The notes: generated by a model from the letters alone, not told the origin. A stretch of 64,000 nucleotides of DNA from Octopus sinensis (GCF_006345805.1 NC_043008.1:15190001-15254000); one strand, 5' to 3'; shown: positions 37,920 to 51,095, numbered from the stretch's first letter. Numbers and translations are program-made.

Positions 37920-38123
37920 CGGTTGCGGGATCTAACGCATGCGTGCCAACTTGTATTGGCCTTTGCCCTTCCATTGAATAATAGCAGCAGCGTGGAGAGG
38001 GAGGCCTGTATGTATCAGTGACTGTTTGTCTTCCATAAACAACCTTGCTTGGACTTGTGCTTCGGAGACTAAATTTCTAGGTGAAATCCTATGGTCATTC
38101 GTGACCGAAGGAGTTCTTTACCC
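37920..38123 (+). mobile_element. Diverged 3' tail (type 2) of a family B SINE
   Basis: Reverse-complement match to 38134-38335, for example TCTTCCATAAACAACCTTGC. Confidence 0.85.
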
Positions 38124-38133
38124 ATTATATAAA

Positions 38134-38468
38134 GGGTAAAGACCCCTAACCCTTCGGTCATGAATGACCATGGGATTGCACCTAGAAAGTTACCCTCCTA
38201 GACACAAGTCCGGGCAAGGTTGTTTATGGAAGACCAGCAGTCGCCCATGCATACCAGCCTCCCCTCTCCACGCCACCAGTGTTATCCAAGGGAAAGACAA
38301 AGGTCGATACAGCTTGGCACCAGTGACGTCGCAACTCATTTCTACAGCTGAGTGAACTGGAGCAACGTGAAATAAAGTGCCTTGCTCAAGAACACAACAC
38401 GCAGCCCGGTCCGGGATTCGAGCTCACAACCTCACGATCGTAAGCTCGACGCTCTAACCACTGAGCCA
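38134..38468 (-). mobile_element. tRNA-headed SINE, family B head and core with tail type 2
   Basis: ATGGCTCAGTGGTTAGAGCG...GAGCTCGAATCCCGG, core CTTGAGCAAGGCACTTTATTTCACGTTGCTCCAG; the tail is unrelated to that of 20736-21055. Confidence 0.92.
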
Positions 38469-38760
<292 letters not shown>

Positions 38761-39004
38761 TAGACGTCTGTTGCAGTCTAGTCTGGATTTAACATTCTCT
38801 ATCTTAGTCGTCCACGTTCATTCTTATCTTCGTTGATCCTAACTTAGAGAATGAGATGTGTTCTATTGTTTGTTTCAGGCATCATAGAGATTAGCGTGCA
38901 GTTCCTTGACTTCTCTTTTTAATGGCGGTGCCCCAGCATGGCCACAGCTCGTGAGCTGGAACTAGATAAAATAAAATAAAAAATAATATACACATATTAC
39001 TCCA

Positions 39005-39110
39005 CGGGGATGTAATGGAAGACACTTGCCCAAGGTGCTTCATGGTGGAAATGAACCTGAAACCATGTGGTTGGAAAACGAGTTACTTAAACATACAACT
39101 ATATCTACAC
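39005..39110 (-). mobile_element. Family A SINE 5' fragment
   Basis: GAAGACACTTGCCCAAGGTGC...GAAACCATGTGGTTGG. Confidence 0.75.
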
Positions 39111-39811
39111 CTTTCTATAAATAGCCAGCCCTAGATACTTCTGATCATAAACCTATGTAATAATGACTGGCGTAAGACTAAAATATTATTACACAGACGT
39201 TTTACTTTAAAAACGACGAATAATTATTCTTGTAGAGATGTGTTAATTCTTTCTGAGGGCAAATGCTCCAAATCCCGGGAGAATCGACGTTGGACCTCCC
39301 GAAGCTTACCCAAATGTATCTCCTTAATATGAAATATTCAGTGGTGTTCAAAGCTAAAATCACAAATGTTGAAGAGAACCGTATGTTTTAACGATATTTT
39401 AGCTTCGATGTAGAGTACACGTGTAGCTTGTGTCTGTAAACATTCAGCAAGTCACGATATGCTTTGGGAATGAACGGCATTTTAAATTGCTTCGATTTTC
39501 CCTTGTATTCCCACTTGATTCTCTTATATCATACATTAGAATACAATGCTCTCTTTAAAGATTTGACCTGGAATAGTGAAACAGCGGGGGCTGTCTATCG
39601 TTTACTTCACCGGAGGTTATTCATGTGTTTTACATAAGAACTGGGATTTAGGTTTACTCAGTGCAATGCTGACAAATACACGCACGTTTAATAGATACGA
39701 CAAAACTATATATAGCAATGTCAGTAAATATTTTAGCATGTAAAAGCTTACTTATGTTTACTAGTGACATAACTCGCGGTACCATATATACAGTGTTTAC
39801 TTTAGAACAAG

Positions 39812-40225
39812 TAGGCGTGGGAGTGGCTGTGTGGTAAGTAGCTTGCTTACCAACCACATAGTTCTGGGCTCAGTCCCACTGCGTGGCCCCTTGGGCAAGT
39901 GTCTTCTACTATAGCCTCGGGCCCACCAAAGCCTTGTGAGTGGATTTGGTAGACGGAAAATGAAAGAAGCCCGTTGTATATATGTATATATATATATATA
40001 TGCATGTGTGTGTATATGCTTGTGTGTCTGTGTTTGTCCACCCCCAACATCACTTGACAACCGATGCTGGTGTGTTTACGTCCCCGTAACTTAGCGGCTC
40101 GGCAAAATAGACCGATAGAATAAGTACTAGGCTTACAAAGAATAAGTCCTGCGGTCGATTTGGTCGACTAAAGGTGGTGCTCCAGCATGGCCACAGTCAA
40201 ATAACTGAAAGAAGTAAAAGAGTAA
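39812..40225 (+). mobile_element. Family A SINE (full length)
   Basis: Colinear with 34309-34751. Confidence 0.94.
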
Positions 40226-41210
40226 TGAATAAATGCATTTTTATACACTGAACACTTTGTTTAAATCTTAAACAAATTAAAGCTGCAAGGTCAATAATCG
40301 ATATCGACAGCTCATGTTTTGGTGTTATGAAAATGTCTCGGTATTCTACGACGCAGGTTTGTGCGAGTGGCATTTATGCTTCGGAGATGAGATTTAATTC
40401 GTTGAAAATCAGTCAGATATTCTTTTAATAAAAAATATACAAACGCTTCTCAGTTCACCCTGTATTTGTTCACATGAGCATTGATTAGGCTAATTTTATG
40501 AATCGTCACTAAATATTGATGTCTTTTGCAATAATAAAAAACATTTATAGCAGTGAGCTATAATTAACTAGTTGCTGTTTAAGTATAATTAATTGATAAT
40601 TAAAATTTGAAACGGTTCGCACTTTCAGTTGTTTAAGAATGACACTTTTCGTTCAAAATTTGTTGTAAGAAAAGGATTTTGTCGATGGAATTATACTTGT
40701 GAAGTTTATGAAAGTTAGGGGCAAATTTATAAGAATATTTCCCGAGAACTGATGTAGAATAAAAGTTCATTTTGGTGCAAAATAAACCAAGACTTTCACT
40801 CAACCTTCAAAACACTCCCAAACGCCAGACTAAAGATAAATATATCAAAGCATGTATAACTATGCTCTTCCATTGCGTCTTCTCTCTCTGGATACAGTAT
40901 AGACTTTGTAGAAGTTGCAGAAGTCTACGGTACAGTCTCTTCTGTTTAAGTAAGTAATAAAATATTCAAAGTGCGTTTATCGATACGTCTTAATTACATG
41001 TGCTCTTTGTTATCCGCTTTTGAAACATATGACAACATTAAAACAAACACACCTTATGTAATGATGCATTTTCTCTGGAAAGCTCTTTTTGGGTTTCAAA
41101 AAAAAGCATCAGAAAAGAGACATTTCCATACCGAACTTACATACGTATAACAATAACATCATAGTAGATATTAATAAGGATTTCTTTTATTAATATTGTA
41201 ACTATTAATA

Positions 41211-41422
41211 AGGCCGAGAGCTGGTGGAATCGTTAACACGCTGCGAAAAATTCTTAACGGCATTCCGTCCATCTTTATGTTCTGTGTTCAAACGCCACAG
41301 AGATCGACTTTGCCTTCCATTCTCCTATGGTCGATAAAATAAGTACCATTCGAGTGCTGAGGTCGATGTAATCAACATACCACACCCCCGAAACTGCTGG
41401 TCCTGCACTAAAATATGAAACC
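41211..41422 (+). mobile_element. Family C SINE, diverged
   Basis: Head AGGCCGAGAGCTGGTGGAATCGTTAACACG and the C core; approximate TSD AATATTGTA.CT. Confidence 0.85.
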
Positions 41423-42365
41423 AATATTGTAGCTGTTAACAGTGACTATTGATAGTTCGATGGATGCTGGATTGCTAGAATTTGCGGATTGACTGGGTAA
41501 ATTAGTGTTTAGTCGCCTATCTTAGGCTCTGCGATCGAAATCGACTTTCGTTTTAAACTTCCTGGTGTACTTAAAACAAGTATTAGACGACCGTATATGT
41601 CGACTAAACTCGATCAAAACATCTTAACATTTGAAGATTTGTGCCTCTCTATTCTATTCTCGAAGGTAACTTTCTGCCTTTTTGTCACTCATAGGTGTAC
41701 ACGTCTGCTTTGTTTTAACGTTTGCAACTGGATGACGTTCTAGACATATCGCATGGGAGAATTATTACAATGTTCTTCATTTCTGTAAATAGCTGTTTCA
41801 TTGTATGAGAGCTGTGTGTATTGTACCTGCAACAAGATAGTGTATTGACCACCGAATTCGTGCATGATTCCCTGGTTTTCGTGGTTTTCAACAATTTATT
41901 TGGGTACAATACATTATGTCACCTACAGTTTTACTGTCGTTTGCTCGAGTCTATTCTAAATGGGGCTCGTAATTCCTAAAGAACATTGTTTTCATGGCCA
42001 GCATACTAAATACCCACTTTGCGAGATTTCTGAATTGCAAATAGTTCCATGGTTAAGATGCAACAAAGTTTCACGCTGTAGGATTTCTGAATAATTGACA
42101 ATTATTGTTTCATTAGCAGTAATTAACTGAAACACTGTCAAGCATTTCGCACCCTTCTTAAATTTAATAGCACTCATAAAAGCTACTGAAGTCGATAAGG
42201 CACCAGATTACAAGTAAATGTGTCCACAGTTGGAGTCCTGCCAGAGTGCTGCACTTCCGTAACAAACAAGAAGCTATCCAATCCACCTATCTATAACCAG
42301 ATACAATATAGTAGTAAAACAATTTAAACGCTAAGCAGACAGACACTATTAAATTGTTGAGTGTT

Positions 42366-43408
42366 TTATTGGATTAAGGTACCGGGTCGTCTTGTTGTTG
42401 TTGTTGTTGCCGGTGTTGTTGTTAAGCAACAAGACGGGTAAGGGTGAATAGGTGATGGTCTAGGGCTTAGGGGCGGGAGACGCCAGACCTTCGAAAAAAA
42501 AAACTTTGGTCGTCTTGTTGTAGTCGAGGGCTCTTCATTGACGCCCGACACTACTGGGAGGTGGCACTCGAAGTCGCTGGAAATGGAGATCTCCAGGTCC
42601 AAATTCTTCAACGGCTGTTGTTGTTGCTGGTGTTGTTGCTTAGTCCTATTTCAGTTTTGAGCGAGCAGACATATGATCAAATCCATTCCAAACGTGATTA
42701 TAATATACGGTGTTTTCAACCATAGTTCCTCCGGGAATATATTATTAAAAGTGTCCATCTACGTCTAAGACAGTAATTCGAAATTTTAAGGGTATGAAGC
42801 CTCTATTTGTTACAAGTAAATGTATCCCGTAGAAGCCTGTTCATTGGCTCATACCGAGTAGCTTCTTACTAGAAGGGGATTATTTAGTAACTAAAGTCCT
42901 TCGTTTCTTATGGAGCATACGTCACCGACAACATTTCTCTACTGTTATCGACTCTGGTCTATCTTTTCTGCATCTTCCTTGCAGCTTCTTTTCGTATTTT
43001 GTTGCATTGTGTCATATTTCGCTGACGGAAGGCCTTCTCCCCCCAAGTCTTCGTTTTGAATAGCCACCGAGGCTTCTGTAATTTTGCTTTTTTTTACCTC
43101 TGGGATGAGGTAGTCCATATTAGCCTGGGCTCTATCCTTTGACCTGTTCTGCACGGGAGTCGCCACCGGGATATTGCGTATCACTTGTGTAGCTTTTAGA
43201 GTAACTGAGGTATACAAACACGAAGCTGCAACGTGGTCTGGACACTGTGATATACTTGTGATAAACCGTTGCCTCACTCAAAAGAATAAGATCGACGAGC
43301 GTCTAGTTTCGTTATAGCTTCAGAAGTAGTAATCATTGATAGATGCTTCTGTGTAAACAGAAGGAAACACAAAGAAACCACGATGAAGCCACTAAGTATA
43401 TTTATCAT
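42366..43408 (-). other. Coding-like island of unknown identity (possible decayed gene or exons)
   Basis: Higher GC/CpG than the flanks. Open blocks at 43408-43274 (hydrophobic N-terminus), 43277-42945 (110 aa), 42758-42651, and 42645-42366 (QQHQQQQQ...; stop overlaps AATAAA). The last three share one frame. No recognisable domain. Confidence 0.3.
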
Positions 43409-44170
43409 ACTGAATGAGTCAAATAAAAGATTGATTGACGCAAACCGTCGCAAATATTATCGGAGACCGTCTTTTGTTTATGATGTTTTTTTTCCTGAAA
43501 AGTCACTTAGACTTAAATGTGGACAGAAACACTGCAGTAAAAGCCCCAAGCTGACGCCATTACTATTGCAGAAATTCGTTTTGGCGGCCATCAGACGAGA
43601 GTTGACTGGATAAGTTTAGAAGCAATTGAAAGAAACTAAGTCTGTTAGTCTAAATAAATATTAACAATTTAAAATGTGTAGGAATACACATTCTGCTATT
43701 TTATGCCTCGTTTCACTGATTCTTCTTAGCGATCTCTCTTAATATAAACATCCACAACCATCCCCCGCTTCATCATTGTCATGGCCGTCGTCGTCGTTGG
43801 TATTCGTCATCACCACCGTCGCCAACATTTAAGCAGCGATTTCTTTTACTTAGGCATTTTATATTACAGCTTTCTACAGTTGCTCTTGCAGTGGTTGCTG
43901 CCGATGCTACTGTTACTACTACTACTACTAATACTACAACTACTACTGATGCTGCACTTGCTCTTATCGTATTTACTGTATGAGGTAAAAAGTTTAAAAC
44001 TAAATGTCTACGTAGATAACAAATCTAAACAGAGGATATAAAGAAGAGACGAGAGTGGCAAGTTTATTTCGTTTGTTTGAACTTCATAAAATCAAACCAC
44101 TGTTAGTTAACCACTAAAGCGTTTATCGATTTTCATTTGAGGGAACTTTTTATGGTCTAGATCATTATTA

Positions 44171-44232
<62 letters not shown>

Positions 44233-44597
44233 GTTATTACTATTACTATTACAAATCGTTGTAGCCATTGTTATTCATGTTGCTGTTCTCGTTGGTTTTT
44301 ATTGTTGTTGTGGTTGTGTGTTTTGTGGTTGTAGTAATGGTATATATGTTTTTTTTCTTCTACTTCTTCTTCTCTCTCTCTTTCTCGCTTGATTCCGTGC
44401 AAATTTCTAAATGCAATTTGTTTGTTACTGTCAAGAAAATGTTACGTTTTTGTCTTGTATACAATTGAACAATACATCAATTTGAAGTTTGTAATAATTT
44501 CTTGTGAAAATAAATCTAATATAGTGGTTCAAAACAAGAAAACAATAATTGCGAAAGTAAAAAAATATTGCATGTGTGTGTGTGTGTGCGCGTGTGC

Positions 44598-44633
<36 letters not shown>

Positions 44634-44717
44634 TGGAATTTAGGTAAGAATGCATATAGTTACAGACATACATACATATGTATGTAAGTATGTGTATTGG
44701 TCCATGTGAGTGTGTAT

Positions 44718-44789
<72 letters not shown>

Positions 44790-45878
44790 GTGTGTGTGTG
44801 TGTAGTAAAAAACTGACTTGGAAATATATATATATGTGTGTGTATGTATGAAGGGATGTAGGGTCTGTATGTGTGAATACATACGTACATAACATACCCT
44901 ACCTATACATTCATACACACACACACAGACAGACCAATTTATGAGTATCCTGGAGTATGCGTAAGACTGCAGGCGAATATCTTAAGGCAAATTCACAGAC
45001 ATAGACGGATACATATTAACCGACATATGTACATACACGCAAATGTAGATCCGTATACATACCTATATTAGAATCTTAAGATTTTGGGCATAATATCCAT
45101 CTTCAGCCCACATATAAATACACTTAAATCTTATGTAATATATACGTGTATGTAATATATATGCATAATCTTATGTAATAAATATGTATATGTCCAACAA
45201 TATATAGATACGTGCATATATAGATATTCACATTTAGAAGGGCATTACATATGTAATATGCTGTGATGAAAAAATCGATTAAACGAGATTATCGTAATAA
45301 TTATTTGATAATGTTCCCTGTAGGGTTATTTTAATCTAAACACAAGGTACAAGAGAGATAAATTGGAATGTATCAGCTGGTTAAAATGTTTGAGTCATTT
45401 AGACAATGTAAAGTCGAGGACAATATAGTCTGAGAAACTATTTGGTGAAGCCCGTAGATAACTTTCTCAGTGAGTAAACTTCCTCTCCGGTTCGTAAATC
45501 TCAGGGTCATTGCTGGTAAGTATATGTGTGTTTGTGTGTCTGCACAAATACATGCATAATGAGTATCTATATATGTATATATATACATTTCTTTCGTTCT
45601 GACTTAACAGCTCTCAATGTTTGTATTACTGTTATTCTCCTTGTCCTGTCCTTTACTGTATGTCCTGTACTGTATTTTTTCGTTTAAGAAAAATGTCCAT
45701 TTCCTTAGTTTTGTGTTTATGTTTTCGTTTCTCATTGTGTTCGACGTTTTTTTTGGTGTCCTGCATCCATATATGCATGTATATATACATGTAGAGGTAG
45801 GTAGTACATATATGCATGTATATATGCATATGTTGTATTTTATTTATTAATTTATATATATATATATATATATAATAA

Positions 45879-46190
45879 ATATTAGGGAATAAATCCAAAT
45901 TTACAGGGAAAAAATCAGATTTAGGATTAAATCCAATTTTATAGTAAAATATTATATAATATTAATTAGAGACAAAACCACTGTTTTGCAAAACAAACAA
46001 GGAAAGACTTAATCAATACATAAAATTTTAATAAAAAATTGAAACTGATTTGAAAATCGGAAATCCACCTGAAGATTGTCGTTCAAGACATGAAACAATT
46101 GTAGTGGCGGTTTTTTACCTTTTATTAAAATTTTATGTATTGATTAAGTCTTTCCTTGTTTGTTTTGCAAAATAGTGGATTTGTCTCTAA

Positions 46191-46203
<13 letters not shown>
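45879..46203 (+). mobile_element. Non-coding hairpin element: 84-bp inverted arms enclosing a hammerhead ribozyme
   Basis: Arms 45953-46036 and 46120-46203 differ at only 2 positions; the loop is 83 nt. Flanked by (TA)n; relatives at 18443-18636 and 52337-52405. Confidence 0.88.
46065..46107 (+). ncRNA. Minimal type I hammerhead ribozyme
   Basis: CCAC-CUGAAGA-U-UGUC-GUUCAA-GACA-U-GAAAC-AAUU-GUA-GUGG: intact CUGANGA/GAAA core, stem I CCAC/GUGG, stem II UGUC/GACA (U.U at the first pair), palindromic ACAAUUGU stem III. Predicted cleavage after 46103. Confidence 0.78.
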
Positions 46204-46258
<55 letters not shown>

Positions 46259-46313
46259 GTACATATATATATATACATATATATATCTATATATACACAC
46301 ACACATATATATA

Positions 46314-46512
46314 TCACCGTGACCGACCAGGCTATCAGATATGCTACACATCGTTGGTCACAATGCGCTTCGCCTTCAAATGACGTCACCCCACCGGCTA
46401 AGCGAGCAGGCCAACAGAAGAAAGAGCGAGGGAAAGCTGCAGCGAAAGATTACAGCAGGGTAGTCCCCCGCCTACCGGAGCCTCGTGGAGGTTTAGGTGT
46501 TTTCGCTCAATA

Positions 46513-46516
<4 letters not shown>
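46314..46516 (-). mobile_element. B-prime SINE body with another tail, head lost at (TA)n
   Basis: GGAGCCTCGTGGAG..TT.GGTGTTTTCGCTCAATAAACA matches about 9114-9156; the distal part differs from 8853-9228. Confidence 0.75.
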
Positions 46517-46571
<55 letters not shown>

Positions 46572-47879
46572 GATTGAAAGTAACACACGAGTTGATATGT
46601 ATAAGGAAAATAGGACAAGGTAGAAAATGCTAAAATAGTTTTATCATGAAGAACATTTTAGGACCGGTTTCTATCTTTGTGACTTGTTCAAACCAGTTAA
46701 AGATCCTATATGGGGAGAGAAGTATAATCCATGTCATAGACGTGAATATGTCACAGGTAAATATATTATCGATTATAAAAGGATAAAATGCAAGATCAAT
46801 CTTTACGATGGAAGGATTCACATTGTTACCGCTACTGTATCGATTTTAGTCATCTACTGACCTCACGTAATATAAGAAATCAATTTCTAACATTGAAACA
46901 AAGTCACATAGTGTAGGGGAAGAGTTGTAATCGATGACATCGTTAGTGGTAGCTCCGAGTAGTGTTTTTTTTTAATGCAGACCGGATCGAAGCCTTAATC
47001 TATAAACTGTATAATAACACAGGTAAGCTAGTGTGTAATGACAAAGATTTTTTTCATAATTATTATAAGAAAACAATGCATAAGTCTTGTAGTTTTAATC
47101 AACGCTGAGATAAATAATTTTCAAAGCTTAGATTATGCGCTTGAAATACAAATTATTTGCTTCAAGAACAGAAAATAAAAACTGCGTTGGACAACATATA
47201 TTACTCACGAGAGAAAAACGACGGAAAATAATTCAAATGAAGAACAAATCTATTAAAGTATAAATTGATACATACACGTGAGATACCATCGAAAGTTGTT
47301 TATATATACATACATACAAACACACAAACACACACACAGACACACACGCACACACACACACACATATATATATATGGATCAAAGTAGTTTAATTCAAATT
47401 CGTTGGTACACCGAGTTTCAAGAGTGATGCTAATCTTCAGCAATTGGAAATTTGAATTTCAAATTCCCAATAGCCGAAGATTAGCATTACGCCTGAAACT
47501 CAACGAAATAGAACCATTCACAAGTGTTAACCAAAAACACAACCTATACGATATATATCACAATAAGCATCAGGATATCAAGTAGTGATGTAGTACGATC
47601 ATTTCAAGCGGCTCCATTTAATTGAGCAATGCAATCATTACATCAATTTAAATGTAGTGCCATCATCAGCTGCACAAATAGATAATTAGAATTTTAACCA
47701 GTTGGACACATTAATATATGTTTTCTCAAATACTTTAACAGAGCAGGACGATGGAAGAAATTCCTGTTGTCACTATTGTAGCTAAGAATACACTACACTT
47801 CTAAAAATCGCATGAAGCCCATTCGGGTCATACTTGCAAAGGACTATGATTCTTTTCTAATTCATTTATCTCTTTATTA

Positions 47880-49605
47880 ACTAATAAATATAAGACTAAC
47901 GGAGCAAGAGTGAGTTGATAGCTCATGGCTATGTATGGTCATAAATATCGTCATATATAACCCTTTTCCTCAGGGAGGAGAGAGGACATTAGATATAGAG
48001 TAACTGTCTATAAAAGGAGGCTGGGTAGGGGAAAACTCAAAATCATGATGTTAATTACCAATTAAAAGGACAAGATGCTAATAAAATCTAGGATGTTAAT
48101 ACAGAGGAAATTTTATCTTGGGGCGCTATGGATGATTGTTTATAAACAATATTGTTATGTTGTATAACAATATAATTTAAGATTTAAAAAAATGATATCA
48201 TAACCAAAATAGGTAAAATGCGTGTATATATGAATTATAAATCTTAAAAAGAAAGATTACATTGAATAATATTCGTTCATGTACATAATTAATTACTTAT
48301 TACGTAGTTTTTATAAATACTGCTCAGGGCATTTACTTATGGAATACTGGAAAGATAAACATACTATCTATATATTAATTATAAGACATGAATAAGGAAA
48401 AAATTAGGATGTGTACAGATACACATACAAATTTATATATGTGCATACATGCATACATACATATTACACATATATTTATACGCTTGTATGGATATAGTAT
48501 AACCATCTCGCATTGATTTAAATAACTGAAAAGTATCTATTTACGAACAAGAAAAATAACAATTTATAAGGGATAAGAGGTTAATAGGTTATGCGCATAT
48601 ATGCATTTATACACATACACACATATTTATACGTTTATATGGATATAGTATAGCCACCTCTCATAGATTTAAGTGGCTGAAACATATCTACTTAAGAACA
48701 GTAACAACTTATAAGGGATAAGAGATTAATAGGTAAGGATATGAAAATGAGAAAGGAAAATAACAAGAATTCATAGAAAGTAATAAGAAATACACATAAC
48801 CTATATTTAAAGAGATAGGGTTTCAAGTTTGAGGTTGGGAAGAGATAAAGGTAACCCGAAAAGAGGAGGTAGTAGGTATGGGCATAGTGAGGGCAGTTAG
48901 AGGTATTCAGAAAGAAGTTGTAATGATTTTATAGTTTCTAGGGGGCATATAATTAATCAAAAGTCTTACTTACATAATGTCATTACAAATATACATAATA
49001 TGATGAGGAGAGTAGAACATCATAGAAAAGAAAAAAATAGTGTAATCACTAAAACTATGATGGAGTCCGACTAACTAGGAAGGAGTTATCATGGGATAAT
49101 AATTACATATAGCACATCACATAACATAATATATAGCTTATAACATATGCAAGGAAATTTAATTCACCATATAACATAATATCCCATGATTTTATTACAT
49201 TTAATGCTAGAATGTAAGTTTACAACGGATACGACCACAAAATTTTTTTCCACCATTAAAGTTCAAGCATGGCACCTATAATCATTAATTTCGAAAGGAC
49301 TTAAATGTACGGGTGACGCTATGCACGCATGATACCTTTAGGTCTAATCTATTATTAATCAAATTGTTCTTCTCTCTATACTCGAAAATCTCATACGTTT
49401 CCACAGATCACAGCTCATACCCGTACCGACTATCTCTATAAGGCTGCGCTTTCCTTATTATATCCCATTTAAGGCTAAATTCGAATTCTATCCCACTTTC
49501 CTTCAGTTCCCAAATCTTGCTAGATAAGGACGTACAATTGGTTTTAGGTATGAGTCTAAAAGATGAAAAATGGTTATTGATACGTTTTTCATATTCATCG
49601 GACAT
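47880..49605 (-). mobile_element. Penelope-like element remnant: GIY-YIG C-terminus plus probable 3' region
   Basis: YEKRINNHFSSFR...TSLSSKIWELK...LKWDIIRKAQPY...YEL*SVETYEIF...NLINNRLDL...CVH matches PLE endonuclease C-termini. The extent below about 49300 is uncertain and includes a roughly 150-bp internal duplication at 48472/48623. Confidence 0.7.
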
Positions 49606-49735
49606 CCTATATATATATATAAAGTTAACAGCTTCGGATATGATTGTACATTTATAAATTACGTTTTGGATTAAACTCTACAACTGCAGCCAGGAGCATT
49701 ACTACTATTAATATTATTGATATTCCTATCATTGT

Positions 49736-49793
<58 letters not shown>

Positions 49794-49794
49794 G

Positions 49795-50775
49795 CACAAG
49801 ACATGTGAGTCCTCTCACACCAGTCGCACTCATGCATCCTCAAATCATAACACTTCAGTCGCCGTTTTTCACGGTAGGCACGGTGCATTTGTCGCTTTTA
49901 TCTTCGCCTGGTCGTCGCCATACTCGTTTAATACCACCTGACCCAAATATATTGATTTTAGTCTCGTCAGAAAAAAAGAACTTTATTCTAAAACTCCTTC
50001 CCCTTACTCACATAGCTTTCGGTAAAAGAATGATGATTTGATTTATGCCTGGTAGTGAGGAGAGGATTCCTACGATGAATGCATCCATGACGATCACACT
50101 GGTTCAAACTTCGGTGAACTATTTGGGCGGATGCACTTTTTCTACTAATAGGAGACACTTCTTAGGCCAAAGATGAAGTGGTACGTCGTCTGTCGTCCAT
50201 CATGCAACATTGGATGTGGAGAATATCAGGCACAGTTAAAATAGAAGGACGACCTGGATGATATTATTGCTTAACCGTCCAGTAGCCTTGTACTTCTGAA
50301 TTACATTGGCAACTGTATTCATTTCCTAATTAACTTGTATCTTAAACTATTCTTGTGCAAATTAAAAATAATTTTCTTCAAATATTCACATAATTATTTT
50401 CCTTTGGGTGCTATTTTAATCACAATAAAGAAGATTTTCACCACGGTACACAAATGAGAATTCCTGAAGCTACGATAACAATGACCGGTGCAAAAATGCC
50501 AGGAGAAATAATTTATTACAATTGAAATTATCAGCAATATCTAAATTTAGTAAAAAAAGTGGATAAAATATTGAATATAGCAAATTTCCTTTAGGGTGTA
50601 CATATACTTCATCCATATCTTTGAAAATGTTTATTGTTTTGTGTTCCAAAATTTGAATAATATTTGCATGTATAATATACTTTATTTAGTTTGATTTCGT
50701 TTGATTTCCTTGGATATTATGAGAATGATGGCAATTTTACTTAATTATTTTAGGGGTGTACATACTTCTGTGTTA
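49795..50775 (-). mobile_element. Tc1 (DD34E-type) transposon fossil with IR/DR-type left end
   Basis: VLFSDETKINIFGSGGIKRVWRRPGE...CTVPTVKN..SVMI*GCMS across frameshifts. The terminal motif TAGGG(G)TGTACATA(TA)CTTC occurs at 50592-50610 and 50751-50768. Confidence 0.87.
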
Positions 50776-50913
50776 TATATATATATATATATATATATAT
50801 ACGAAGAGCGATTTGCGTTGCATAAATAACATTCCAAAGATTTAGGATGAAAAACGGAAACAATTATCCAATCATACCTGGTGCATATCTTTTCAAGTAC
50901 CCGATTTTAACTG

Positions 50914-50914
<1 letters not shown>

Positions 50915-50945
<31 letters not shown>

Positions 50946-50947
50946 CC

Positions 50948-50979
<32 letters not shown>

Positions 50980-51041
50980 CATCATCATAATAGTAATCAT
51001 CATCATCATCATCAGTTTTATTATTATCATCATTGTTATTG

Positions 51042-51094
<53 letters not shown>

Positions 51095-51095
51095 G

